From NCBI GenBank assembly GCA_001244265.2, contig CDLV01000016.1, forward strand, positions 558,001 through 622,000: a stretch of 64,000 nucleotides of DNA, given 5' to 3'. The notes below the pieces were generated by a model, which saw only the letters and a list, made by a program, of their open reading frames with translations, did not search any database and had not been told where the DNA came from. The stretch comes from Microbotryum violaceum (Eukaryota). This document shows positions 39,801 to 54,352 of the stretch, one piece after another; positions within the stretch are counted from its first letter, which is position 1, and each line of letters starts with the position of its first letter. Made by a program: the position numbers and the translations under genes.

Positions 39801-40159
39801 TCGGATTCACGGAAGACGACATTGCGGCTGAGTTGTATCCTGTGCGTGGACGGCTCAAAGAGTCGGAAAGCCTTGGCATGTTGGTCAAAACCAACGAACA
39901 GGAGGGGCACAGCCTTGGGGTCGAGGTTCGTGCGCTTGGCCGAGGGAAGGTGGTGCCAAGCGCGGCAGCCAAATGCGCGAAGGGTGGAGATGTCAGGCGC
40001 AAAGCCATGCCAACGAGTGTCGGGGATCTCACCACCAATGCCGGCGTGAGGCATCAGGTTTTTGCAGTGCACGTAGTACAAGGCAGCCTCACCCCAGAGG
40101 CGTGAATCAGCGCCAGAGGAGTAGAGCAGAGCAAGGATGCCCTCCTTGATGGTGCGATT

Positions 40160-40557
40160 TGCGAAGGGTGAAAAAATAGAGCAGCTGGTAGCTCGTTGGG
40201 CTTATAACCTGTGATGATGTCACACCTGCTCAAGCGGTGGTAAGTCTCTGATCAAAGGACCAAGGGAGACCAGACCAAGAAGTTGCTTGAATTACACACC
40301 TGCTCAAGCGGTGGTAAGTCTTTGATCGAAGGACCAAGGGAGACCAGACCAAGAAGTTGCTTGAGCAGGAGGGAAACCAGAGAGGGGCCAGCTGGCTGGG
40401 CCTAAGTGCCCAGCCAGAGTCAGGCGCACGGACCTGGCCCAGAGTGGGAGAGCTAGAGTGGTGAAAAGTAGGCCAAAAGTGATCAAAATGAAGAGAGGAG
40501 GATGTTGAGGTAGATGCAAGATACAAGAAGGACATGAAGAAGATATTTGATCTCACA
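40160..40557 (-). mobile_element. Family C LTR plus PBS plus short leader, inserted into family C integrase, TSD CRATT
   Basis: LTR 40210-40557, PBS 40177-40209, leader ending ...CTTCGCA at 40160. CGATT at 40155-40159 and CAATT at 40558-40562. Confidence 0.75.
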
Positions 40558-40850
40558 CAATTGCTGCGCTCGACACGCCCATTTTGTTGGGGCGTGTAAG
40601 GGATGGTGAGTTCCCGATGAATGCCTTTGCTTGCACAGAAGTCGACAAAGTTGCGCAGAGTGAACTCGCCTCCATTGTCAGAGCGGATGGTCTTCACCTT
40701 GTTGCCAGTGGCATTCTCGACTTCAAGGATCCAGTTGCGAAGGCGAGGGAAGACGTCACTTTTGAGTGCCAGGAGGATACACCAGTGCTTGCGAGAGAAG
40801 TCATCAATGATGACCAGCATGTACCGATGTCCACCAAATGTAGGGCGAGT

Positions 40851-41312
40851 CATTTGCGCTACATCGACGTGGAGGAGATCCAGACGGCCAGAGGCGATGG
40901 ACTTGGACCGGGCAAAGGGGAGGGCATGCGCTTTGGAGGCGAGACAAGCATTGCAGTAAAAATCCCGGAGCTCCCGATCCTTATACACCCAAGCCACCCC
41001 AGTAACCAAGCCGCTCTGCACAATGTTTTTGATTTGCGCAACGGGCAAGTGCGCGAGGCGACGGTGCAGAGTCAGCAAGGACATTTGCGCTACATCGACA
41101 TGGAGGAGATCCAGGCGGCCAGAGGCAATGGACTTGGACTGGGCAAAGGGGAGGGCATGCACTTTGGAAGTGAGACAAGCATTGCAGTAAAAATCCCGGA
41201 GCTCCCGATCCTTATACACCCAAGCCACCCCAGTAACCAAGCCGCTCTGCACAATGTTTTTGATTTGCGCAACGGGCAAGTGCGCGAGGCGACGGTGTAG
41301 AGTCAGCAAGGA
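40851..41312 (-). repeat. In-frame 231-bp tandem duplication of the GAG-pre-integrase (HHCC) region
   Basis: The 77-aa block SLLTLHRRLAHL...VDVAQM occurs twice; it is single in the copy at ~56110-56340. Confidence 0.9.
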
Positions 41313-42925
41313 CACTTTGGCAGGAATGGCGAGGAGGGCTTTGGGCGTACAGGGTGTAGGTCCAAGTGCCAAGGCGTACAGGTTGTTCCCAATGGCTTGA
41401 GCGGTAGCGACGACGGCACCCGAGGGACGGGCGATGCTTGCACAACGAGATGCGAAGGAGACGCGGTAGCCAAGTTGATCCAACTGGAAGACGGACAGCA
41501 GGTTGCATGGGAGATCCGGTACCAGGAGGACATTGGACACGGTGATGGGACCCGTTGAAGTCTGGATGCAAATGGTGCCGCAGCCGGTGGAAGGGAGGGA
41601 ACCGGCGACGCCTCCAACTCGTGGGCCTGCGACCGTGCGAAGCTCGGAAAAAAGGCCCCTGTCGTTCGTCATATGGCGATTAGCGCCCGAGTCAAGAAGC
41701 CAAGCCGATTTGCGAAATGGCGAAGGTGTTGCGAGGAGACAGGCCGTGAACGACACAGAGTTGGGTGTGTCCACTGCGGCTGGTGACGCGACTGGCTGGG
41801 AGGCCTTCTTCTCGGCGGTGCGGCGAGCTCGGTAGGCGGCGGCCCAGGCGGTGTCGGGGCATTCCCGGAGCCAGTGCATCTTGCGACAAGACGGATTTGG
41901 GCACGGCCTTGAGCAACCGTGGCGGGCCTGCGGGGTGGCGACGGCAGCAACGGGAGTGTCGACGGGGCGGGCTTTGACATCGCGGTAAAGGCGCGTGAAG
42001 ATCTCGGTGGCGGAGGGCATCGCAGTGGAATCGCCCTGGTCAGCAACGAAGGTGGTGCGCCAGGCGTCGAAGGATGAAGGAAGGCGAGCAAGCAAGTGCG
42101 AGGCAAGAAGGGCGTTCACGGTGACCTGCGAGTCCTGCAGCAGCCGGGCGTCGTTCTCAAAACTGTCGCGGAATTGCAGGAACAGGCGGGAGTGACAGGC
42201 ACAGGGTCGGAGCTGAAGAGGCGTTGGATGACCGGTAGCAGATCGACAGCAGAGACGGTGCCGTAGCGTTCGCGAAGTGCCTGCCAGACCTTGGGTGCTG
42301 CGAGCAATTCGTCGAGGTAAGGTGACAGACCCGGGAGGACAGTTTGCGAATTGACGGAGGCGCAAATGGAGGAGCAGGCGTAGTGGTCCCAGAGAGGGAC
42401 ATACGAAGCAGGCCAAGACTCGAGTGGTACGCCCGTGTTGAGGTAACGGACGACGCCGGAGGGCAGGCGTGAACGGATGGCGAGGACCCAGTCTCGGTAG
42501 CCGGACGAGTTGCGAAGCAGCTCGGTCGTTGCGAAGGCCGCAGAGTGGGTGGGCGGGCGCAAGGGCGGCGCATTGGGCGTGGGCTCGCGGAGCTTGGCTT
42601 CAGGCGCGGAGGCGCCGGCGTCGGACATGTTGCGAAGGGTGAAAAAGTAGAGCGAAGGGCGGGCACGGAGGTGGCCGCACTGGTAGCTCGTTTGGGCTAA
42701 TAACCTATGAAGTTGTCACGCCTGCTCAAGCGGTGGTAAGTCTCTGATCGAAGGACCAAGGGAGACCAGACCAAGAAGTTGCTTGAGCAGGAGAGAAACC
42801 AGAGTGGGGCCGTTTGGCTGGGCCCAAGTCAGCCCAGCCAAAGTCAGGCGCACGGACCTGGCCCAGGTGCAGAGACCAGGCCCAGAGTGGGAGAGCTAAG
42901 GTGGTGAAAAGTAGGCCAAAAGTGA

Positions 42926-45720
<2,795 letters not shown>

Positions 45721-48700
45721 TGTGACAAGTCCACTCTCAGCTCGGCAGAGGCGCCTCGGTCGTTGCGCGCACCCGCTAGCCCGCCCCCTGCGCTGGGGAC
45801 TTAAACGCGCGCGACTGACTCAGCGCGCCAGCGCCGGGTGGATCCGTGCGCGTGCCCACTAGGCCGCCCCCTTGTGGTGGGGACTTAGGCGCGCGCGACT
45901 GCCTTAGCGCGCTAGCAACTTCACCCGCGACTGGGCCTATCTCAGCGCGGGTCCCCTTTCTGTTTCTTAGCTTCCCTCTCACCACTTCTGTTCAACAATC
46001 AACCTCTCCTGACAGTAGTGGTGATTGTCTCATAGGTTATTTGCCCATCGACCTACCGCTGGCATGGACACGTCGTCGCCCTAACGACGGGTGCCCACCC
46101 AACAATCCCCGCCGAACAGCTCGCCGCACTTACGTCGCTGCTGTCGGGTCTCACCACTGCCACATCCGCCACGTCGTCCGGCACCTCTCGCCCCGCCTTT
46201 CCAAAGCACGCACGCTTGGATGGGCCCAAGACGTTTGCGAGCTGGACACGCCAGCTTCGCCTCTGCCTCGCGGACAACATCCGCTCATACGTCCTCGACG
46301 GGATCGTGCCCGCCGACTGGACACCTTCGCACCGCTCTGCCCGCGATGTCGTGGCACGTGAGCTTCTTGCGAACTCGATCGACTCGGCCGAAGTCTCGGC
46401 AGTCCTCGACGCAATCCCTACCGCTGACCTCACAGCGCCCAAAATGTACTCGACGCTGAAATCGCGGTATGCTCCTGACGACGCCACTCGCACGCTTGAG
46501 CTCTTCTCCCGACTGTGGAGTTTCCGGCCCATGCCCGGCACCGTTGGCGAATTTGATGGCTGGATCATGGAGTTCAAAGCTATTGCGCAAGAAATCATCG
46601 ATACGAAGACCACGATCAACGATGTTCTTGCCACACTCCTCCTCGCCATCGCTCACCCGTCCCTCGAGAGTTTCAAGGCATCGTTCACCGATGAACAGCG
46701 CACTCAACGAGCTCTCCCCGTCATCAATTCGCTCGCCGACCGCATGCGTGTTCAACTCCGGTCCACCAACGTCTCCAGCACCCAATCGGCCCTTCTTGCC
46801 TCGTCGTCGTCACGTCCTACCCGTCCCAAGTGTCTCGCCTGTCGCAGCCCTTCGCACCGTGTGGCGGAGTGCCCTGTGAGAGCCGAACACCCGCCGCCAG
46901 GACCCTGTCGCTCCTGCAAGCAGAATCACTGGTCTTTTGACTGCAAAAGGGCTCTCGAGAACGGCAAAAAGGCCGACACGGCGAGCTCGACCGCCGACTC
47001 GCAACACCATGTCGGATGTATCGCCACCGGTTTTCTCGCACGTCGCCGCCAGCTTCGCACCAACTCTTTTGTTGTTGACTCGGGGGCCACCTCGCACATG
47101 GTCTCGGACAAGTCGCTGTTCACGACCTATCGCCACATCGCTCCCACAAAGATTGGAGGCATTGCAGGGGGCATCAACGCCATCGGAACGGGAAACATCG
47201 CCTTTGTTGCCGCCTCGGGCCATCCGATCACGCTCACTGGCGTGCTGCACACTCCCGGCCTGTTCGTAAATCTCCTCTCGGTCTCTCGACTTTGCGACAC
47301 CGACGACGTCCGTGTTGCCTTCACGAAACACGGCATTGACATCGACAAAGAGGGCAACAACATCGCTGAAGGCACGAGGCTCGACGAGGGACTCTATTTG
47401 CTCGACGCTGATCATTCCAAATGTCAGCACCTTGCTCTCCTCTCTCGTTCACAGTCTTCCGTGCCCCTGCTGACTCTCCACCGCTGCCTCGGCCATCTCG
47501 CACCGTCGTCCATACAGAAGATGGTTGCCGCTGGTTTGCTGGAGGGTCTCGGGGCCGGATATAGTGACGAAGAGGTAGAGAAGTTTGTCTGCAATGCGTG
47601 CCTCAGCGCCAAGGGCCATCGTCTTCCTTTTCCCGATTCGGATTCGCACTCCTCCGAGAGACTCGGCCTCGTACACAGCGATGTACTTTCCCTCCCGGAG
47701 CGTTCCTTGACTGGCAAACGATACCTCGTCACGTTCCTCGACGACTACTCGCGCAAACTATGGGCCTACGCAATCGGACATAAAAGCGAAGTCTTCAGCG
47801 TATTCAAGACTTGGCTTGCCGAGGTCGAGCTCGAGACAGGTGCAACACTGAAGGTCCTCCGAACTGACAATGGTGGCGAGTATTGCTCGAGAGCATTCAC
47901 GGAGTTCTGCAAGGTGCGAGGTACGCGTCAACAATACTCTATCCCTCGCACGCCTCAACAAAACGGTCGGCGGAGCGGGTCAATCGGTCCATTGTTGAAG
48001 GCATTCTTGCCCTTCTGGCGGACGCCCATCTACCCAAGCCATTCTGGGAGGAGGCTGCGGCTTACTTCGTTTACTGCAAGAACCTGGTTCAACACTCGGC
48101 TCTCGACAAGGCAACACCGAACTCGGTCTGGCAGGGCGGACGCACCACAGCCTCCGCGCTTCACCCGTTCGGCTGTGCGGCTTGGCTCACGGTCGCGCCC
48201 GAACTTCGCTCTAAACTCGACCGAAAGCGGTTCGCGTTCTGTTCACCGGCTACGACTTGGCTTCCAAAGCCTTCCGCTTCTACGACCCTACAACAAAGAA
48301 GGTCACCCTGGGCAGAAATGCCACCTTCCTCAACACCGAATTCCCCGGGTTACGTGGCGACTCCGCCGAGCCAGACGATGACACGCACTTCGCCAGCGCT
48401 CCCTTTGCCGACCCTCAAACCACCGTCGAATCATGGACCCCACTAGTAAGGTCGGCGCACATGGACGTCTCATCCCCTCTTGATGATTCTTCCATGAGCG
48501 CCGTTGACGTGGCCCCAGGGTACACTGGCGGATCCTTACTTAATTCCACAGATGCCGAATCGCCCGCGTCACCGTCGCCTGCGCCGTCCTCGTCACTGTC
48601 TCCTGAGCCGGCCTCGTCCCCTTCGGCTGCACCATCGTCCGCGCCCTCACCGTCGTTGGCTGCATCGTCGTCACCTTCGGCCTTACCCACTGAATCTGAG

Positions 48701-51339
48701 TACTCCGCCGATCCTCTTGACCTCATCGGATCACAGCCCCAGGCTCCCCTCGACCCAATGGACACCCACTCCCAGACTTCAGCACGTACCGCGAGCCCGC
48801 ATCGCCTGAGGAGTCGCCCGACGAACTCGATCTCATTGGACGCCACTCTTATGAGACAATCACCACTACTGTCAGGAGAGGTCGATTGTTGAACAGAAGT
48901 GGTCTATTTCAGCATACCTATGAGACAATCACCACTACTGTCAGGAGAGGTCGATTGTTGAACAGAAGTGGTGAGAGGGAAGCTAAGAAATAGAAAGGGG
49001 ACCCGCGCTGGATAGGCCCAGTCGCGGGTGAAGTTGCTAGCGCGCTAAGGCAGTCGCGCGCGCCTAAGTCCCCACCGCAAGGGGGCGGCCTAGTGGGCAC
49101 GCGCACGGATCCACCCGGCGCTGGCGCGCTGAGTCAGTCGCGCGCGTCTAAGTCCCCAGCGCAGGGGGCGGGCTAGCGGTGTGCGCGCACCGACCGAGGC
49201 GCCTCTGCCGAGCTGAGAGTGGACTTGTTACAACTCTCGCGACGAGTCCCCGGACGAAATCGATTTCCTCACTTGCCATCACCGCGCGTTCATTGCGACT
49301 GACGACGACAACTCTGATACCGAGGCCATCGAACCCGTCAAATCCATTACGAGCGACCCACAGACCTGACGAGAAGCGATGTTGGGCGACAAACGTGAGG
49401 TATGGGCCAAGGCCACTGCCGATGAGTTCAATTCCATGCGCGACGACTTCAAGGTCTTCACCATTGATGACCGTTCTACAGTACCTGCGGGCGCGACCAT
49501 CGTACCGTCCAAATTCGTCTGGAAAACAAAACGGAACACACTCGGCGAGATCACTGGACACAAGGCACGGCTGGTCGCGCAAGGCAATCGCCAACGTGAC
49601 GGCATCGACTTCACTGAAACCTTCGCACCGGTCGCACACTTCTCTTCGATACGCTCCCTCCTTGCGCTGGCGGCCGCCAATGGCCTCCATGTACACCAAG
49701 CGGACATCGACAAAGCCTACCTTCACGGCGACCTCGACCACGACATCTGGATGACGGCACCGCGAGGATTCGATCTTCCTGGCGATAAGGTGCTCCGACT
49801 GGGACGCTCCATCTACGGGCTCAAACAAGCTGGCAGAATCTGGAATCGACACATCGACGCTTCGCTTCGCGACCTCGGTTACACGGCGACAGGCACCGAT
49901 CACTGCGTCTACGCTCGGCTCGACGATCGACAACGCCCACACTACATCGCGCTGTACGTTGACGATCTTCTGATGATCAGCCCGGACCTCGCCGAAATCG
50001 AACGTGTCATCTCGGGCCTTGAACAACGCTACGGTGTCAAGCGACTCGGCCCGGCGGAGTACATCCTCGGCATCCAGATCAGGCGTCTCAACGACGGCTC
50101 TATCGCCCTATGCCAGGAACGGTACATCATGGACGTGCTCGCTCGGTTCCACTTCGACACTACGACTCGCGGCGCTACCATCCCGATGACCCCCGGTCTT
50201 TCGCTCACCGCCATTCCGGGCCAAGGCACGGAACAGATCAGGTCGTGGTATCTACAGGCAATCGGCTCGCTCCTCTACATCTCGCTTGGCACTTGCCCCG
50301 ACATCGCCTTCGCCGTATCTTACCTGGCCCGCTTCGCCAACAACCCGGGTCAGCGCCATTGGATTGCCGTCAAGCACGTCCTACGCTACCTCCGAGCCAC
50401 TTATCGCGACGAGCTTCTCTACACTTGTGGTAAGACGGACATCAAGGGCGTGGTAGGTTACTCCGATGCCAACTGGGGTGCCTGCGTCGACACATCGGTC
50501 TCCACCATGGGTTTCGTCTTCTACATTGCCGGCTCCGCTGTGTCCTGGTCCTCCAAGCGTCAATCGCGGGTCGCCGACTCTACCACCGACGCGGAATACC
50601 TCGCTCTCTCGCATGCTGGCAAGGAAGGGATCTACCTCAGTCAGCTGCTTGAGGAGCTCCATGTCCAGTCCGGTATCCCCACTCACATCTACACTGACAA
50701 CGAAGCTGCTGCCGCCGTCGCACGAGACCCTGTCCGCGCATCCGGGACTCGACATATCCGTCTGCGTGAGCACTTCGTTCGGGACATGGTGAATCGGGGT
50801 GAGATTTCTCTTTCGCACGTGGGGACAAGCAACATGGTGGCCGACATTTTTACCAAGGCACTCGGCCCGAAGATTTTTTCCATGCATTGCTATGCTCTCG
50901 GCTTGCGCACTCGACATCCACGGCTTGGGTCTGCCTCGCATTCGCGTGGGGGGGGTGTGACAAGTCCACTCTCAGCTCGGCAGAGGCGCCTCGGTCGTTG
51001 CGCGCACCCGCTAGCCCGCCCCCCTGCGCTGGGGACTTAGACGCGCGCGACTGACTCAGCGCACCAGCGCCGGGTGGATCCGTGCGCGTGCCCACTAGGC
51101 CGCCCCCTTGCGGTGGGGACTTAGGCGCGCGCGACTGCCTTAGCGCGCTAGCAACTTCACCCGCGACTGGGCCTATCCCAGCGCGGGTCCACTTTCTATT
51201 TCTTAGCTTCCCTCTCACCACTTCTGTTCAACAATCGACCTCTCCTGACAGTAGTGGTGATTGTCTCATAGGTATGCTGAAATAGACCACTTCTGTTCAA
51301 CAATCGACCTCTCCTGACAGTAGTGGTGATTGTCTCATA
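45721..51339 (+). mobile_element. Full-length Copia family A: 5' LTR 45721-46034 (314 bp), gag-pol, 3' LTR 50956-51339 (384 bp)
   Basis: All domains in Copia order (gag, PR, IN, RT, RH) with a few frameshifts; interrupted by a solo LTR. Flanks ATTCT/GTCCT are not a clean TSD. Confidence 0.92.
48850..49232 (-). mobile_element. Family A solo LTR (383 bp, long form) with TSD ACTCT
   Basis: ACTCT at 48845-48849 and 49233-49237; minus-strand ends TG...TA. Confidence 0.9.
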
Positions 51340-53952
51340 GTCCTGAGCCGGTGCGCCTGGTTCGTTCCGCGCGCCTAAGTCCTCTGCCGATGCGCCCGGC
51401 TCGCTCAGCGCGCCTAAGACCTGTGCCGATGCGCCCGGCTTGATCCGCGCGCCTAAGTCCTGAGCCGAGCGGAGAGTGGATTCTTCACACGACACGCCCG
51501 CCCCCGCCGTCAAGACGAGGACCCACTAGTAAGGTCGGCGCACATGGACGTCTCATCCCCCCTTGATGATTCTGCCATGAGCGCCGTTGACGTGGCCCCA
51601 GGGTACACTGGCGGATCCTTACTTAATTCTACAGATACCAGCCCCTCGTCGTCTCCGTCGTTCGGCCCGTTTTCGTCTCCCGCCACCTCCTCGGCTGGGG
51701 GACCGTCCATCGATGACTCGGATGATCCGCTTGACCTCCTGAACTCCGACACCGCGGTTCGCCTCAACCTGATGGACGTACATCGATCCGACGACGACAC
51801 CTCGGTGACACCCACGCCCGCCGCTGCCGCCTGGCAGCCCCCGATGACGACTCTCCTGATGAGATCGATTTCCTCTCTCGCCATCATCGCGCTTTCATCG
51901 CCACGGACGACGACGACCCCGCCCTCGAAGCCATTGAACCCGTCAAATCGATCACTAGCGATCCCCAGACCTGGCGTGAAGCGATGTCCAGCGACGAGCA
52001 CGACCTCTGGGCTCAAGCTGCCTCAGACGAGTTCACCGCCATGCGTGACGATTTCAAGGTGTTCACCATCGAGCCTCGCTCCTCAGTACCGCCGGGCGCC
52101 ACCATCGTCACCTCCAAATTCGTCTGGAAGACCAAGCGCGATGCACAGGGTGATATCACAGGGCGGAAGGCACGCCTTGTTGCACAGGGAAATCGCCAGC
52201 GCGACGGCATCGACTTCTCGGAGACGTTCGCACCCGTCGCCCGTTTCTCCTCCATTCGCTGCCTTCTCGCCCTTGCCGCTGCCAATGGCTACCACGTTCA
52301 TCAGGCCGACATCGACAAGGCTTACCTTCACGGCGAGCTCGATCACGATATCTGGATGACGACGCCACGAGGCTTCGACTTCCGCGGCGACAAGGTTCTC
52401 CGGCTGCGACGCTCGATCTACGGTCTTAAGCAGGCCGGTCGCATCTGGAATCGCCACATCGACACATCACTTCGAAGTCTTGGGTACAAGGCAACGGGCA
52501 CTGATCACTGCATTTACTCTCGCATTGATGATCAGAAGCAGCCCCATTATATCGCATTGTATGTCGACGATCTCCTCATTGTCAGCCCCGCCCTCGACGA
52601 GATCGAGCGTGTCATCTCCGGCCTCGAACAACGATACGGCGTCAAACGGCTCGGCCCCGCAGAATACATCCTCGGCATCCAAATTCGACGCCTGGAAGAC
52701 GGCTCCATTGCTCTATCCCAGGAGCGCTACATCATGGACGTGCTCGCCCGCTTCCACTTCGACACCACAACGCGCGGCGCTACGGTGCCAATGACGCCGG
52801 CCTCTCGCTCACGGCTGTACCGGGTCAGGGAACGGAACGCATTCGGTCGTGGTACCTGCAAGCCATCGGCTCCCTCCTATACATTTCACTTGGCACTCGG
52901 CCCGACATTGCCTTCGCCGTCTCGTACCTGTCCCGGTTCGCCAACAACCCCGGCCGCCGCCATTGGATTGCCGTCAAACACGTCCTTCGCTACCTTCGCG
53001 CTACGTACCGCGATGAGCTACTCTACGCCTGTGGCCCCGCCAAAATTACGGGTGTGGTTGGCTATTCTGATGCGAACTGGGGTGCCTGCGTCGACACGTC
53101 CATCTCCACAATGGGTTTCGTCTTTTACTTGGCCGGCTCCGCCGTCTCTTGGTCATCGAAGCGTCAGACTCGGGTAGCAGATTCCACCACTGATGCCGAA
53201 TACCTCGCCTTGTCGCATGCTGGTAAGGAAGCGATTTACCTTACGCAACTCCTCTCCGAGCTCCACGTTCGCCCGGTCGATGCAGCCCACATTTTCACCG
53301 ACAACGAGGCCGCCGCCGCCGTCGCTCACGACCCCGTTCGCACTTCGGGCACTCGACACATACGCCTCCGCGAGCACTTTGTCCGCGACATGGTCAACCA
53401 AGGCGAGATCTCTCTCTCACACGTCGGCACAGCGAACATGGTTGCAGACATATTCACCAAGGCGCTAGGTCCCAAGATTTTCGGTGCACATTGCTATACT
53501 CTAGGTCTCCGGACGCGTCACCCACGGCTCAAGTCTACCTCGCGTTCGCGTGGGGGGGGGTGTGAAGAATCCACTCTCCGCTCGGCTCAGGACTTAGGCG
53601 CGCGGATCAAGCCGGGCGCATCGGCACAGGTCTTAGGCGCGCTGAGCGAGCCGGGCGCATCGGCAGAGGACTTAGGCGCGCGGAACGAACCAGGCGCACC
53701 GGCTCAGGACTGAGGCGCGCGGCGCGCAGGACTTAGGCGCGCGGAGCGAGCCTGGGACTTAGGCGCCCCGGCTCAGGTCTTAGGCGCGCGGAGCGAGCCT
53801 GGGACTTAAGCGCAGGGAACGAGCCTGGCCCAAGGGTTAAGCCCAAGGGTCCCAGGCTGAGGACTTGAGGCGCGCGGCTCCCATACTGTTAGCTTCCTAT
53901 TCATCACTCTTGGCTATAACTACATCGCTGACGTAGTAGAGTTGATCGAATA
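51340..53952 (+). mobile_element. Copia family D: inverted LTR fragment 51340-51489, RT-RH 51490-53560, PPT, LTR 53561-~53952 with a GGACTTAGGCGCGCGG minisatellite
   Basis: [33 protein letters not shown] start; repeated GACTTAGGCGC units. Confidence 0.85.
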
Positions 53953-54352
53953 GCGGAGTGCCCTGTGCGAGCCAAACACCCGCCGCCAGGACCCTGTCGC
54001 TCCTGCAAGCAGAATCACTGGTCTTTTGACTGCAAAAAGGCTCTCGAGAACAGCAAAAAGGCCGACACGGCGAACTCGACCGCCGACCCGCAACACCATG
54101 TCGGATGTATCGCCACCGGTCTTCTCGCTCGTCGCCGCCAGCTTCGCACCAACTCTTTCGTCGTTGACTCGGGGGCCTATAAGACGATCACCACAACTGT
54201 CAGGAGAGGTTGAGAGTCGAACAGCAGTGATGTATTTCAGCATACCTATAAGACGATCACCACAACTGTCAGGAGAGGTTGAGAGTCGAACAGCAGTGAT
54301 GAAAAGGAAGCTAAGAAACAAAAGAGGGGCCCGCGCTGGGATAGGCCCAGCC
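53953..54352. mobile_element. Family A gag/PR scrap (+, 53953-54177) and long-form family A LTR 3' part (-, 54178-54352)
   Basis: Matches 44577-44800 and 43630-43729, the latter with the duplicated unit. Confidence 0.8.

Noticed and set aside
40177..40209. tRNA-Met gene
   Set aside because: Only the D and anticodon arms are present, adjacent to an LTR; this is a PBS.
51340..53952. Auto-integration inversion product of family D
   Set aside because: The right LTR end joins family A gag rather than the reciprocal family D site; nested insertion plus recombination is simpler.
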